Counted from the stretch's first letter, positions 1 to 10,119 are shown. The stretch: 64,000 nt of DNA from an uncultured Armatimonadia bacterium (GCA_964617715.1 CAZTZN010000003.1:13048-77047), one strand, 5' to 3'. The notes: generated by a model from the letters alone, not told the origin. Made by a program: numbers and translations.

Positions 1-1
1 A

Positions 2-241
2 GAGCCCCACGACGTCCTCGTCGAGGTCGGGCTCGGCCACCAGCACCGCGAGCGCGCCGATGTACTTCTGGTTGGTCTGCACACCCCACGCGTCGTAGCC
101 GGTCCCGAAGCAACCGAGGTCGGAGCGCTCCGGGTCATCCCACCAGTAGCGCTCGGCGAACCTCGGCCACGGCTCCAGCACGCGGATGAAGTCGAGATGG
201 GTGGGTGTCACGTGCGTATCGCCTCCGCGTCGATCGTTCAT
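2..241 (-). CDS. hypothetical protein, 3'-partial (N-terminal 80 aa in window; gene continues past window start)
   Basis: Minus-strand frame opens with ATG (plus 239-241) and runs off the window edge without a stop. Translation MNDRRGGDTHVTPTHLDFIRVLEPWPRFAERYWWDDPERSDLGCFGTGYDAWGVQTNQKYIGALAVLVAEPDLDEDVVGL has protein-like composition (W, Y, F, N, K, Q), unlike the R/P-rich antisense frames. No family recognised. Confidence 0.4.
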   Translation of the reverse strand, partial: MNDRRGGDTHVTPTHLDFIRVLEPWPRFAERYWWDDPERSDLGCFGTGYDAWGVQTNQKYIGALAVLVAEPDLDEDVVGL

Positions 242-463
242 GGAGAGGCCGGACTTCCCGCCCATGAGCGGGATCTGTGCCGTTCATTCGCGGCTCCGCT
301 GAGCACACCTGCGTCCCGTGGTCGCCGGCATGGGCAAGGACGCAGGCCGAACAGACTCTGTCCTCTGCATGCAACACAACCGCCCCGCCGGACGGAGAGG
401 GCTCCCGTCTCCTCGCCGCGAAATGTGCAATGTCGCTTGGAGCGTTGACGGGAGGCGAGACGG

Positions 464-1012
464 ATGACCCGCGATGAGGCGCTGACGATTCTGCACGAGC
501 ACGTGGCGAACGAGAACCTGCGCAAGCACGCCTACGCGGTCGAGGCCGCCATGCGGGCCTATGCGCGCAAGTTCGGCGAGGATGAGGACTACTGGGGCGT
601 GGTGGGGCTGCTGCACGACTTCGACTGGGAGATCCACCCGACGCTCGAGGAGCACCCGCAGAAGGGAGCGGAGATCCTGCGCGCGCGGGGCGCCGACGAG
701 GCGCTGGTGCAGGACATCCTCGCCCACGCGCCGCACACCGGCGTGCCGCGCGACAGCCTGCTGCGTAAGACGCTGTTCGCGGTCGATGAGCTGACCGGCT
801 TCATCGTGGCCTGCGCGCTGGTGCGGCCGAACGGCATCGCGGACCTGAAGGCGAAGTCGGTGCGCAAGAAGATGAAGGACAAGTCCTTTGCGGCGGCGGT
901 CTCGCGCGATGACCTGCAGACCGGCGCGGCGGAGCTGGGCATCGACCTCTCCGAGCATATCCAGTTCGTGATCGATGCGATGAAGAGCATCCGCGAGGAA
1001 CTCGGGCTGTAG
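464..1012 (+). CDS. HD-domain metal-dependent phosphohydrolase (HDIG-type, about 180 aa)
   Basis: 182-aa ORF. HD-domain features are visible (H..HD motif context LLHDFDWE, later HAPHTG and D-rich helix). Size and layout are typical of small HD hydrolases. TAG stop. Confidence 0.8.
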   Translation: MTRDEALTILHEHVANENLRKHAYAVEAAMRAYARKFGEDEDYWGVVGLLHDFDWEIHPTLEEHPQKGAEILRARGADEALVQDILAHAPHTGVPRDSLLRKTLFAVDELTGFIVACALVRPNGIADLKAKSVRKKMKDKSFAAAVSRDDLQTGAAELGIDLSEHIQFVIDAMKSIREELGL

Positions 1013-1323
1013 GGAAGCATCATTCACGCCTGGGGACCGCGCTTGCGGCCTGACGCGGTAGTCATGGCCGCCCGGAACGAGCCATCCCACACGCGGCGAG
1101 CAGTGCGCGTCGTATCCCCTGCCTCGACAGGCCACGGCATTCGCCGTGGCCGCCGGCGCCGATCGGGACCACGTCCGTCGCGATGATGGTTCTCCTCTCG
1201 CGGACCTGTGCCGCGCCGGGGAAATACATGCGGCCCCGAACCATCCCGGGCAATAAGTCGTCTCAAAAAACCAGAGCTGTAACCGGCGGTGGTCGGGACA
1301 CGCCGTAATCTGCGAGGTGCCCG

Positions 1324-2289
1324 ATGTCCATAACTGCTGGGCGACAAATAGTGTCAGCGCTCAGCGTTTCCCTCATTTGCATCGCGGTCGCCTGCGCACA
1401 GCCGCCCGCACGCGAGCATAGCCCGCTCGGCAGTGCGCCCCATTGGACCACCGGCGCCGTGCGGGCACCGGGCGTGCAGTACCGCACCTTCGACAGTGTG
1501 GCCGCCGGCTGCCTCGTCAGCTACCACGTCTACCTCCCCGATGAGTATGGCACCGAACCGGAGCGCCGCTTCCCGGTGCTCTACTGGCTGCATGGCTCAC
1601 TTGGGGGCCTGCGAGGCATCGCCCCGCTCGCAGCGCACTTCGGGGACGCCATGCGCGCGGGGCTGATCCCGCCGATGATCGTGGTCTTCCCCAACGGGCT
1701 TCGGCTCAGCCTGTGGGTGGACTCGAAGGACGGTTCGGTGCCGATGGAAACGGTGGTCGTGAAGGAGTTGCTGCCGGATGTGGATGCAAACCTCCGCACT
1801 ATCCCCACACGCGAGGGCCGGATCGTCGAGGGCTTCAGCATGGGCGGATACGGGGCGGCGCGCTTTGGGCTGAAGTACCACGACCTCTTCGGCGCAGTCT
1901 CGGTGCTCTCCGGCGGGCCGTTGCAGCAGGAGTTCACCCATGGGCCGCGCTTGTCCGAAATGCGCCGGAAGATGGTCCTGCAGGCGGTCTTCGGTGGCGA
2001 CTACGCGTACTTCCGTGCACTCAGCCCGTGGGTATTGGCCGAAGAGAATGCAGACGCGGTCCGGCAGACCATGCGCATGCGCCTGGTGATCGGCGAACTC
2101 GACGAGATGCTGGCGGTCACGCGTGAGTTCCACGCGCACCTGGCAGAACTCGGAATTCCTCACAGCTTCACGGTGCTGCCCGGCATCGGTCATGATTCGC
2201 GCGCGGTGCTGCTCGGCCTCGGCGACGCAGGCTGGGCGTTCTACCGTGAGGCCCTCGCCCCCCTTAGTGACGCTGTCCCCGCCGACTGA
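1324..2289 (+). CDS. secreted esterase family protein (alpha/beta hydrolase, putative esterase fold)
   Basis: N-terminal signal or lipobox-like segment (LICIAVAC). FPVLYWLHGS..., GFSMGGYGA nucleophile-elbow motif (GxSxG) and C-terminal His region are typical of the putative esterase (esterase D/ferri-enterobactin esterase-like) family. Confidence 0.8.
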   Translation: MSITAGRQIVSALSVSLICIAVACAQPPAREHSPLGSAPHWTTGAVRAPGVQYRTFDSVAAGCLVSYHVYLPDEYGTEPERRFPVLYWLHGSLGGLRGIAPLAAHFGDAMRAGLIPPMIVVFPNGLRLSLWVDSKDGSVPMETVVVKELLPDVDANLRTIPTREGRIVEGFSMGGYGAARFGLKYHDLFGAVSVLSGGPLQQEFTHGPRLSEMRRKMVLQAVFGGDYAYFRALSPWVLAEENADAVRQTMRMRLVIGELDEMLAVTREFHAHLAELGIPHSFTVLPGIGHDSRAVLLGLGDAGWAFYREALAPLSDAVPAD

Positions 2290-2337
2290 GGTTGTAATCC
2301 AGGGGGAGCGGCGCGACCATCGCGCGAGCCGGCGCGA

Positions 2338-3375
2338 TCAGAACAGCGGCACGTCCAGCCGCACACCGCCCTGCCTGGCGGACTCGTGAGCCAGCACGCC
2401 GGGCAGGCAGAAGTCCATCGAGCGCGCCTCGTCGAACGGTGGCGCGGTGTCATCGACCACGCTGTGCACGAACTCGTCCACCATCACCTGCAGGTGGTCG
2501 CGACCGTCCTCGCGCTCGTGCCACGGCATGGGCCAGTCGCGCCACCCCGGCTGGTCGTCGGTCGAGATCAGCACGCGCAGCGCCTCGGGCGTGCGGTAGT
2601 CGGTGTTGATGACGCGGATCGAGCCCTCGGTGCCGTACAGTGCCGCGCACCAGATGAACGGGTGGCTGAGCATGAAGCCGTTCGTGAGGCTGATGGTGCG
2701 CCCTCCCTCGGTCTCGAGGATGGCGGTCTCGAGCGGGAAGACCTCGACGCCCGCGACCTCCTGCCGCCCGCCCACGATCCCGGTGGCGTTGATGCAGCGG
2801 TCGCCCATGAGCTGCAGCAGCGGGCCGAGGGTGTGCGAGGAGTACGCCAGCGGCGGCAGGTCGGTGAAGCGCCACGACCGCGTGTGCTGCTCCTCCGCCG
2901 CCGAGAGCGGGCGCACCGGCCGGCAGTCGTGCGTGTACTCGGCCATCCCGCCGATGATCTCGCCGAGCATGCCGTCCTCGACGACCTGCGCCAGCCGCCC
3001 GCACCAGCCCATGTAGATGTAGTCCTCTGCCAGCATGTACTTCAGGCCGCGCTCGCGCACCAGCGCGACGATGTCCCGCGCCTGCTCGGCGGAGTAGACG
3101 TTGGGCGTCTCGACCAGCACATGCGCGCCCGCCCGCAGCGCAGCCAGCGACTGCGGCGCATGCGCCGGCCCGGGGGTGACGATTGCGACCAGGTCGGGCT
3201 TCACGGCGTCGAGCATCTGGTCGAAGTCCGCGAAGCCCGCGAAGTCCGAGTGCTCCTCCAGCTTCTCCGGGCGAGCGTCGCAGACCGCGACCACCTCGCA
3301 GTGCTCGTTCTCCTGCAGGAGTTTGACGAAGGTCGAACCACGGTTGAGCCCGGCGACTACGCAGCGCAGCATCAT
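2338..3375 (-). CDS. Gfo/Idh/MocA family NAD(P)-dependent oxidoreductase
   Basis: Rossmann N-terminus MMLRCVVAGLNRGSTFVKLL..., motif AVCDARPEKLEE, LVETP and a dimerisation domain typical of Gfo/Idh/MocA. Start placed at the internal ATG pair (3375) giving about 345 aa. The upstream 54 codons of the ORF are Arg/Gly-rich and unlikely to be coding. Confidence 0.85.
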   Translation of the reverse strand: MMLRCVVAGLNRGSTFVKLLQENEHCEVVAVCDARPEKLEEHSDFAGFADFDQMLDAVKPDLVAIVTPGPAHAPQSLAALRAGAHVLVETPNVYSAEQARDIVALVRERGLKYMLAEDYIYMGWCGRLAQVVEDGMLGEIIGGMAEYTHDCRPVRPLSAAEEQHTRSWRFTDLPPLAYSSHTLGPLLQLMGDRCINATGIVGGRQEVAGVEVFPLETAILETEGGRTISLTNGFMLSHPFIWCAALYGTEGSIRVINTDYRTPEALRVLISTDDQPGWRDWPMPWHEREDGRDHLQVMVDEFVHSVVDDTAPPFDEARSMDFCLPGVLAHESARQGGVRLDVPLF

Positions 3376-3575
3376 GTCGATCACCTTCTCGGACGAGATC
3401 AGCGCTCGTGGCCATCCTGCGGGGGCCAGGCTACCACGCGGCCCGCCTTTGCCGTCAGCCCTTCCGCCCGAATACGTTGCGCACGACTCACCGCATGGCG
3501 CCCTCGGGCGCCCGGTGGCGCAGGTGCGCGCCACCACCTCCGTCGGCGCGGCGCGCGGCGCTTACCGGCCCCACG

Positions 3576-6263
3576 TTACTCCAGGATCAGCCAGCCGCGC
3601 GATTGCAGGTCCCAGTTTGAGCTTGAGGTCGGGAACCAGTTTGAGATCTCCAGGTACTCACGGTTGCCGATGACGTTGCGCACGAAGTTCATCTTCAGCA
3701 GCGTGGTCCCTGACGCATCCACGCCGATCTCGGCCAGCGGCACCGAGAACTCCAGCGTCCAGCCCTCGCCGGGCCGGTGCTGCGCGGCCGCCACGATGTC
3801 GGCGTTCCAGGTTGCGTCCTTGTGCAGCGCGTCGTAGATGTTCGGCGTCTCCTCGCAGTTCAGGATAACCTGGAAGAAGTCGTCCGGGTCGGTGGCATCG
3901 GGCGAGTTGAGCAGCAGCTCCACTGAGTCGTCGCTCCACACGCGGCCATCACGGCCGGTGGAGGAGACGTAGAACTCCTCCTTGGTCTGCCCGCACCAGG
4001 CGGCGACGTAGAGCCGCCGGCCGTCGTGCACCATGCGGAACCAGGTGTCGAACTGGGCCGGGCTGCCCTTCTGCAGCACGAAGAAGCCGGTGTAGCTCGG
4101 CACCGTCTCACCGCCGACGCTCTGCCAGACCGCGTCGCTGAGGTCGCCGTCGATGGTCGGGGGCGCGTCGGTGCGCCGGGCCATGGCCACCCGCCCGGCC
4201 GAGAACGCGACCTCATCAAGCAGCGACTTCTCGCCCGGCGAGAGTTCACGTCCGCCCAGGGCCTCGCGGGCAACGCTGGTGAGGAGCCCCTGGACGGCCT
4301 CGGGCGTCAGCGTGCCCGCGTCCCGCGCGCGCCGCATGGCCTCGTTCGAGAGCGTACCGGCGAGCAGCGCCTTGGCCTCGGTGTAGGCGCCATGCACCCG
4401 CTCTACCGGCTCGGTGACCTGCCACGGCTTGATGTCGCGCCACTGCATGTACAGGTCGAGGTCCCAGCGCGGTCCGGTCACGCTGGCCAGTGCCGCCAGC
4501 GCCTCACCGATGGTCGCCACACTGTCCGCCCTGGGCAGGGCCTCCCGCGCGGCGTGGTAGCGGCCCGAGAGGATGCGCGTGACGCCGAGGCTGTCGGAGA
4601 AATAGCGCACGCGGCGCCGGGTGTCGTCGGTCTTCGCCGCCGCGAGCGCCTCGTCGAGGATCGCCTGCGCCTGTTCGATCTGCTCGGGCGGCCACTCGAG
4701 GAACTGCTCCGGGTCCCGGAAGAACCACCACCGCGGCTTGCCGGTCTCAGGGTCGATCACGGTTGCGCCGCGCCGGCCGACCTCCTCGCACATGTCCATA
4801 TACCGGCGCATGGGCTCGGCGGCCTCGGCGAACATGCCGGTGGCGAAGTCATCGAGCAGCGCCTCGGTGTCGCGCTGCGGGTCCCAGAGCAGCTTGGTGA
4901 AGATCCAGACTTTCCAGCCGTCGAGGCCCCAGTTGGGGTAGACTTCGCTGTAGCAGGCGCGCGCACCGTTGGCGTAGGCATGGCGCAGCGCGCTGGCCAG
5001 GTAGTCCGTGTGCGCCTCCGGGATGGAGAAGCCGGCGCCGAAGTACCACTCGTAGATGCCCATCTGTCGGGCAATGCGTCCCCATTGCTCGATGTTGGCG
5101 TTGCGTTCAGCCAGGGCTTCGGGGTCGCGGTAGACCGCGGGCAGGCTGACGTAGAAGGGCATGATGTTGGGCTCAATGGTCATGCCCTCATAGGGCGACT
5201 TCGAGTACGAGTAGGCCAGCGTGCCAATGATCCGGTCCGGGTGCGTCTGGGCGACTTCCCGGGCGATGCGGTTGGCGAACTGCCAGAACAGCCGCGAGCG
5301 GTTCTCCTCCCCGGGCACGCCCACGTTCTCCGACAGTGCCAGGCAGCTCGGGCAGTTGCAGTAGCCGCCGCCATCATTGGGCGCGATGGAGACCGAGTTG
5401 AGCTGCGGGTCGGCGTCGAACTGGGCGCGGATGTTGGCGACGATCTGCGCGATGGCCCCCTCGCTGGTCATGCATGGCTGCCAGCCCGACGAGGAGTTCT
5501 TCGTCGGCGGCCGACGCTCACCGTCGATGAGCGGGAACCAGTCGGGGTGCTCGGCGCCGTAGACCTCCGGGTTGAGCAGCCGGTACAGGTTGTGATGGAA
5601 GGCGAAGCGGGGGCGCAGCAGGTTGGCGTTCGCCCACGCGACCCAGATCGGCTGGCCGAAGCGGTCGGGGATGTTGGCCGGCTGCATGCCCGAGAACCAG
5701 CGCATGAGGAACGCGGGCTCCTGCACATCGTCGAGGGCGTCGAACACCAGGCGCTCATGGCGCGGCACCACCGTGCCGATCTCGCCCGGCAGATACCAGC
5801 GCACCCCGCAGTGGTCCTCGAGGAAGCGGTAGACCGCGAATTCGCTGGCCCACGGGGTGTGGCCCGCGAGCACCAGGTCGCCGTCCATGCCGCGAATAAT
5901 GAAGCCGTCCTGGTCGAGGGCGTCGATCTCGGCGCCGAAGCGCTCGGCGACGGCGGCGGTCTTGCCGATGTGCACGAGCGGGCCCTCGGGCGGCGGGGCG
6001 GCCACTCGGCCGAAGGCGCCGGTCGCGAGGTCGAGGCGATCGACGCTGTCCGAGCCCTCCGAGCGGATGTCCAGCACGCGGGCGGTCATCTCCGCCACGT
6101 AGACCGCGAGCTGCCGCGCGGCCATGCCCGAGCCCCCCGCACCGCTTTCGGCGACCAGTATCTCGGCCCTGGCGCCGTCATCAACCACGACCGCCGAGGT
6201 GTCCTGCGCCCATGTCGGGGCGAGGAGCGCAAGTGCGACCGGCACGAATGCGAAATGCTTCAT
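3576..6263 (-). CDS. secreted DUF4838-family glycoside-hydrolase-like protein with C-terminal CBM9-like carbohydrate-binding domain
   Basis: 895 aa with signal peptide MKHFAFVPVALALLAPTWAQ. Long central region resembles DUF4838 proteins of Planctomycetes/Verrucomicrobia/Armatimonadetes-type CAZyme loci. C-terminal 200 aa (DGDLSDAVWQSVGGETVP...WFRMVHDGRRLYVAAWC...) resembles CBM family 9. Assignment from recall, not searched. Confidence 0.65.
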   Translation of the reverse strand: MKHFAFVPVALALLAPTWAQDTSAVVVDDGARAEILVAESGAGGSGMAARQLAVYVAEMTARVLDIRSEGSDSVDRLDLATGAFGRVAAPPPEGPLVHIGKTAAVAERFGAEIDALDQDGFIIRGMDGDLVLAGHTPWASEFAVYRFLEDHCGVRWYLPGEIGTVVPRHERLVFDALDDVQEPAFLMRWFSGMQPANIPDRFGQPIWVAWANANLLRPRFAFHHNLYRLLNPEVYGAEHPDWFPLIDGERRPPTKNSSSGWQPCMTSEGAIAQIVANIRAQFDADPQLNSVSIAPNDGGGYCNCPSCLALSENVGVPGEENRSRLFWQFANRIAREVAQTHPDRIIGTLAYSYSKSPYEGMTIEPNIMPFYVSLPAVYRDPEALAERNANIEQWGRIARQMGIYEWYFGAGFSIPEAHTDYLASALRHAYANGARACYSEVYPNWGLDGWKVWIFTKLLWDPQRDTEALLDDFATGMFAEAAEPMRRYMDMCEEVGRRGATVIDPETGKPRWWFFRDPEQFLEWPPEQIEQAQAILDEALAAAKTDDTRRRVRYFSDSLGVTRILSGRYHAAREALPRADSVATIGEALAALASVTGPRWDLDLYMQWRDIKPWQVTEPVERVHGAYTEAKALLAGTLSNEAMRRARDAGTLTPEAVQGLLTSVAREALGGRELSPGEKSLLDEVAFSAGRVAMARRTDAPPTIDGDLSDAVWQSVGGETVPSYTGFFVLQKGSPAQFDTWFRMVHDGRRLYVAAWCGQTKEEFYVSSTGRDGRVWSDDSVELLLNSPDATDPDDFFQVILNCEETPNIYDALHKDATWNADIVAAAQHRPGEGWTLEFSVPLAEIGVDASGTTLLKMNFVRNVIGNREYLEISNWFPTSSSNWDLQSRGWLILE

Positions 6264-6293
6264 GGCGGGGCCCTCCCGGCGTTGTGGGGCGTG

Positions 6294-7196
6294 TCAGTCG
6301 TCCAGCTCGAGCAGTTTGATCGCGTTCTCGCGCGCGACCTTGTTGAAGACGGTCTCGCTGATCTTGCCCGAGTCGCGCCACTCGATCAGCAGGTCGCTCA
6401 TGGGCAGTGGCTGGTGCGGGCTGCACAGGTCGGTGCCATACAGCAGCCGGTCCTGGAACTCGGTCACGAACTTGGGCCCGTAGTCGGGATCGCGCGCCAG
6501 GGCATTGTGCGGCGTCGCGTCCGAGAGGTCGCCGTAGAGGTTCGGGTAGCGGCGCATGAGCTTGGGCACCACGCCCTCCTCGCGGATCGGCCCGGTGGGG
6601 AGGATGCCGATCTGGTGGCCGCGCGGGCCGAAGATGATGGCGCGCTCACCGGGCGTCTCCAGCCTGGCGATCTCGGACCAGAACGTTGGCCCGTGGCCGA
6701 GGATGATCAGCTTGGGGAAGCCCTGCAGCGTGTGCTCGAGTTGTGGCAGGCCCGGGTCATCGTAGAGGCCGAAGTCGCCGCCCACCTGGTCGGAGCCGTC
6801 GAAGGTCACCGGCAGGCCGACGTCCTCGGCATGGCGGAAGAGGTTCTGCACGAGCGGGTGCATCATGGGCAGGTTACACATCACCTCGCCAAGGCCCTTG
6901 CAGCCGGCGTCCTTGTAGTGCGCCAGCACCTTGCCCAGCGGGGCGTTGGGGGAGTTGGTCAGCAGCCGGGGGTCGATGTTGCACCACGGGATGAGGCGGT
7001 CCGGGTACTGCTCGGCCATCTCGAGGATATCCTCGTTGGCCTGGGGGAAGTAGACCTCGGGGCTGACGATCGGCAGGATGCAGCCGCGCTCGATGCCCTC
7101 GGCGTCATAGCGCTCGATCAGCTCGTCAGGCGTGCAGAAGTCGCACAGCGCGGGCGGCTTGATGCGATAGGCGTGGCAGTGGATGTCGATGAACAT
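6294..7196 (-). CDS. amidohydrolase-2 family metal-dependent hydrolase (TIM barrel)
   Basis: Starts MFIDIHCHAY (His-x-His metal site), YGTD near the C-terminus. Typical amidohydrolase_2 layout. Start taken at the internal ATG (7196) that begins the HxH motif. Confidence 0.8.
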   Translation of the reverse strand: MFIDIHCHAYRIKPPALCDFCTPDELIERYDAEGIERGCILPIVSPEVYFPQANEDILEMAEQYPDRLIPWCNIDPRLLTNSPNAPLGKVLAHYKDAGCKGLGEVMCNLPMMHPLVQNLFRHAEDVGLPVTFDGSDQVGGDFGLYDDPGLPQLEHTLQGFPKLIILGHGPTFWSEIARLETPGERAIIFGPRGHQIGILPTGPIREEGVVPKLMRRYPNLYGDLSDATPHNALARDPDYGPKFVTEFQDRLLYGTDLCSPHQPLPMSDLLIEWRDSGKISETVFNKVARENAIKLLELDD

Positions 7197-7388
7197 GGCG
7201 GTGCTCCTCTCGTTTGACCTCGCCACCTCCGGCCGCCTTCCGGCGGCCGGCTCCTGCCTCTGTCCCTGGTCAGCTCAAGCCCGGCCTCCCGGAGTTCGCG
7301 TGCGCCCTGCGGGCGCGGCGGCCGCTTCAGGAGGATGCTGCGCATCCTCACGGCAACGACATCATGCACTCGCCGGGGAAGGCGCCGT

Positions 7389-8873
7389 TTAGAGCTGCGA
7401 CAGCACCTCCGCCGCCGTCTGCTCATAGAGCTGCTGCCATTCAGGGGCGAGCAGGCACTCGGTTACCTCGTAGCCCCCCATCGCGTACTCGCTCGCGGGC
7501 GCGCCGTAGTGCACGTAGCCGTTCGAGAACGCGGCCATGAAGGTATAGCGGTGGGGCGAGGCGCGCTTGACGTTGAGGCCCACCTGAGTGAGCACTTCGG
7601 CGGGCGACGTGATCAGCACACACTCGCCGATGCGGATGCCCTGCACCTCGGCCTCGATGGTGTCCTCACCGGACTCATCGTTAAGCGCCTTGTGGTGCCG
7701 GAGCGTGCTGATATTGCTCTGGATGCGCGCGATCCGTTCCATGGCGCGTATGTTGTGCAGGTACTTGGCGATGTTTTTGCGGTTAAGCTCGTCAAGTGCG
7801 GTCATCTCGTTACTGCCCCGTGCCTCTGCCTGCATGTAGCGGTATGAGTAGTCCGCCGGCCACTGCGGGTTCAGGGAGTACTGCAGATACAGTGGGAGGA
7901 ACGACCGGAAGTTGAGCGCCATGCCGGCCATCGAGTTCAGCAGTTCCTCGCGCTCCTGCTCCAGCTCGGCGATGCGCTCGGGGATGTCGGTCCTGCGCGG
8001 CAGGCGGATGGTCTTCGAGACGACCTTGAGCCGCGTGTCCACGCCGGTCTGGATATCCGCCAGCGCCTTGATCGTGCTGTGGCCGAGCATCATCCCCAGC
8101 GGCTGCGAGTCGCGCGGCTGCCAGAAGGCCTTGTAGAGCACTTCGGTCATGTCGCCCCCGGCGCCCTGCAGGAACAGGGCCATCGCGCCCTCGCCCAGGC
8201 AATCCTCGATGAGTTCGGAGGCGAAGCCCGGGAAGTTGGCGGTCACCGGTCCACCGGGCATGCCGATGAGCGGGTGGCAGGCGTAGTTGTAGACCACCGC
8301 CAGCGGTCGCCCGTCCATGCGATCAACGCGCAGGATGCCGATCTCGGGGTCCACGGGCCCCAGGCCCGCGACCTCCTCGTCGGGCGGGCAGGGGTTGGCC
8401 TGGCGAATCGTCCAGCCTTTCCCGTCCTTGAGCCGCAGTGTGCGGTTGATGACGAAGCGGTCCTCGTGGCCCACGCCCACGCCGATGCGCACCTCGACCA
8501 TGTCCTCCATCGCCCGGCGGACGGCGTCGAAGGTCCGATCGACCTGCTCGGCGTCGTCCCCCAGCATGCGACGCGGCGGATGGGTGTGCGAGGCGTTTAC
8601 CAGCACGTTGCCGCCGGGAATGCCCAGCTCCTCCTCGATGCGCGCGCGCAACTGCGGCAGGAAGTCATCGCCGACATCGAAGATCATGCCGATGGCGACC
8701 ACGTCCATGGCGATGATGGCCACCTGCGTCTCGCTGTTGTCCAGCACCAGCGCCTTGGCATAGAGCGGGTCGTGGACCGGGACGCTCTCATCGCTGGTGG
8801 TGATGTCGCTCTTTGCCACCCCGGCGCGCAGCGAGCCGCGCCCGTTGTTGTGCACTGTCGGTTCGTCGCTCAT
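7389..8873 (-). CDS. neutral/alkaline ceramidase-like hydrolase (Neut_ceramid family)
   Basis: 494 aa. N-terminal region GVAKSDITTSDESVPVHDPLYAKALVLDN...VNASHTHPP matches the neutral ceramidase N-terminal domain pattern (GxAxxDIT, HD, SHTH). Assignment from recall. Confidence 0.65.
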   Translation of the reverse strand: MSDEPTVHNNGRGSLRAGVAKSDITTSDESVPVHDPLYAKALVLDNSETQVAIIAMDVVAIGMIFDVGDDFLPQLRARIEEELGIPGGNVLVNASHTHPPRRMLGDDAEQVDRTFDAVRRAMEDMVEVRIGVGVGHEDRFVINRTLRLKDGKGWTIRQANPCPPDEEVAGLGPVDPEIGILRVDRMDGRPLAVVYNYACHPLIGMPGGPVTANFPGFASELIEDCLGEGAMALFLQGAGGDMTEVLYKAFWQPRDSQPLGMMLGHSTIKALADIQTGVDTRLKVVSKTIRLPRRTDIPERIAELEQEREELLNSMAGMALNFRSFLPLYLQYSLNPQWPADYSYRYMQAEARGSNEMTALDELNRKNIAKYLHNIRAMERIARIQSNISTLRHHKALNDESGEDTIEAEVQGIRIGECVLITSPAEVLTQVGLNVKRASPHRYTFMAAFSNGYVHYGAPASEYAMGGYEVTECLLAPEWQQLYEQTAAEVLSQL

Positions 8874-8909
8874 GACGTCCTCCTGTATGCCGACGACTTT
8901 CGCTCCAGG

Positions 8910-10025
8910 TCAGCCCAGTCGCCTGAGGTCGTACTCCAGCGCGGTGTCGTAGAAAGCCAGGATGTTGTCCAGCGGCGTGTCGTGCTGCACGACGTTGGAG
9001 GGCGCGAGGATCAGCCCACCGTTGTATGCGCAGCCCTCGATCAGGTCGGTCACGTGTTTGCGCACGTCACTTACGGTGCCGAAGGGCAGCACCTGCTGGA
9101 TCGATCCACACCCGTCCATGGTAATGACGTCGCCCCAGCGGCGTTTGACCTCGAAGGGGTCCATGCACTCGGGCTGAATGGGGTTGATGATGTCGAAGCC
9201 GATCTCGACGAGATCGTCCAGGATCTCCATCAGACTCCCGTCGGAGTGTATGAAGACATGCAGATCCGGGTTGATCTCCTTGCCCGCGGCTATCAGCGCC
9301 GCGAGTCGGGGCTTGTCCAGCTCGCGCCACGATTGCACGCCCATGATCAGCCGATCCTGCATGGCGATGTCGCCGCCGATGCTGAACATGTCCACGCCCG
9401 CGGTGGCGCAGCGGCGCATGATCTCGGTCCAGGTCTCGTAGATGCGGTCGTAGAGCGCGTTCTTGAAATCCTTGCCGATGAGGTAGTCCATCAGGTTCTG
9501 CTGCATGCCGCGCAGTCGCCAGGCGGTCTTGTAGGGCTGCTCCACGCCCGCGCCGACCCAGTACCCTGCATCTTTCAGGCGCTGCACCCTCGCGGGCAGT
9601 TTCGGGTCGTTGATGAGCCGGTCGGGGCCCGGGAACGGATAGGCGGCAAGGTCATCAATCGAGGCGTCTTCGAGCGGCGCCCGGATGTACTCCACGTACT
9701 TCCCGCCCGCGCCTACCCGCTGGATGGCACCCCAGCGATCCTCGAAGGTGCGGTCATCAAGCCAGCGATACGCCTGGGTCGAGCCGGGCCAATCGCCGGG
9801 GCGTACCTCGAGATCATCGCGGGCATCCCACTCATCCCAGCGGATGCCCACCCCCACACTCGCCCAGCCCTCAACCCCCAGACGCTTGAGCACCTCGTCC
9901 CAGTCCTCGGTGTTGAAGTGCGCCAGCAGTTCGCGCTTGACCTCGTCGCGGGGCGTGAGTTTCAGGGGGACGTGATCGGCCAGTTCGTGGTTGATCGTGC
10001 GCTCGATGCGCTCGCGCGGGTTCAT
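8910..10025 (-). CDS. uroporphyrinogen-decarboxylase (URO-D) family protein (MtaA/CmuA-like)
   Basis: 371 aa. N-terminal RERIERTINHELADHVP motif and overall URO-D-like TIM barrel. Paralog of the 48802-49803 gene. Confidence 0.8.
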   Translation of the reverse strand: MNPRERIERTINHELADHVPLKLTPRDEVKRELLAHFNTEDWDEVLKRLGVEGWASVGVGIRWDEWDARDDLEVRPGDWPGSTQAYRWLDDRTFEDRWGAIQRVGAGGKYVEYIRAPLEDASIDDLAAYPFPGPDRLINDPKLPARVQRLKDAGYWVGAGVEQPYKTAWRLRGMQQNLMDYLIGKDFKNALYDRIYETWTEIMRRCATAGVDMFSIGGDIAMQDRLIMGVQSWRELDKPRLAALIAAGKEINPDLHVFIHSDGSLMEILDDLVEIGFDIINPIQPECMDPFEVKRRWGDVITMDGCGSIQQVLPFGTVSDVRKHVTDLIEGCAYNGGLILAPSNVVQHDTPLDNILAFYDTALEYDLRRLG

Positions 10026-10119
10026 GGCTCACCCGGATGGTGATGGGGCGGACTCGTTGGCGCGCCGCGGCAGCGCGAAGTTGACCACGGGACGCGGACA
10101 ATCCTTCTCGGAGGCGACT

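Noticed and set aside
4026-7217. 1063-aa plus-strand ORF, and many other very long ORFs in the track (e.g. 2386-3837, 8079-10043, 14704-16395, 16506-17999, 21081-23009, 36282-38585, 60836-62572)
   Set aside because: They lie antisense to well-supported genes and are dominated by Arg/Pro/Gly/Ala/His with few Lys/Asn/Tyr/Phe. They lack RBS context. These are classic stop-codon-poor antisense frames of GC-rich DNA.
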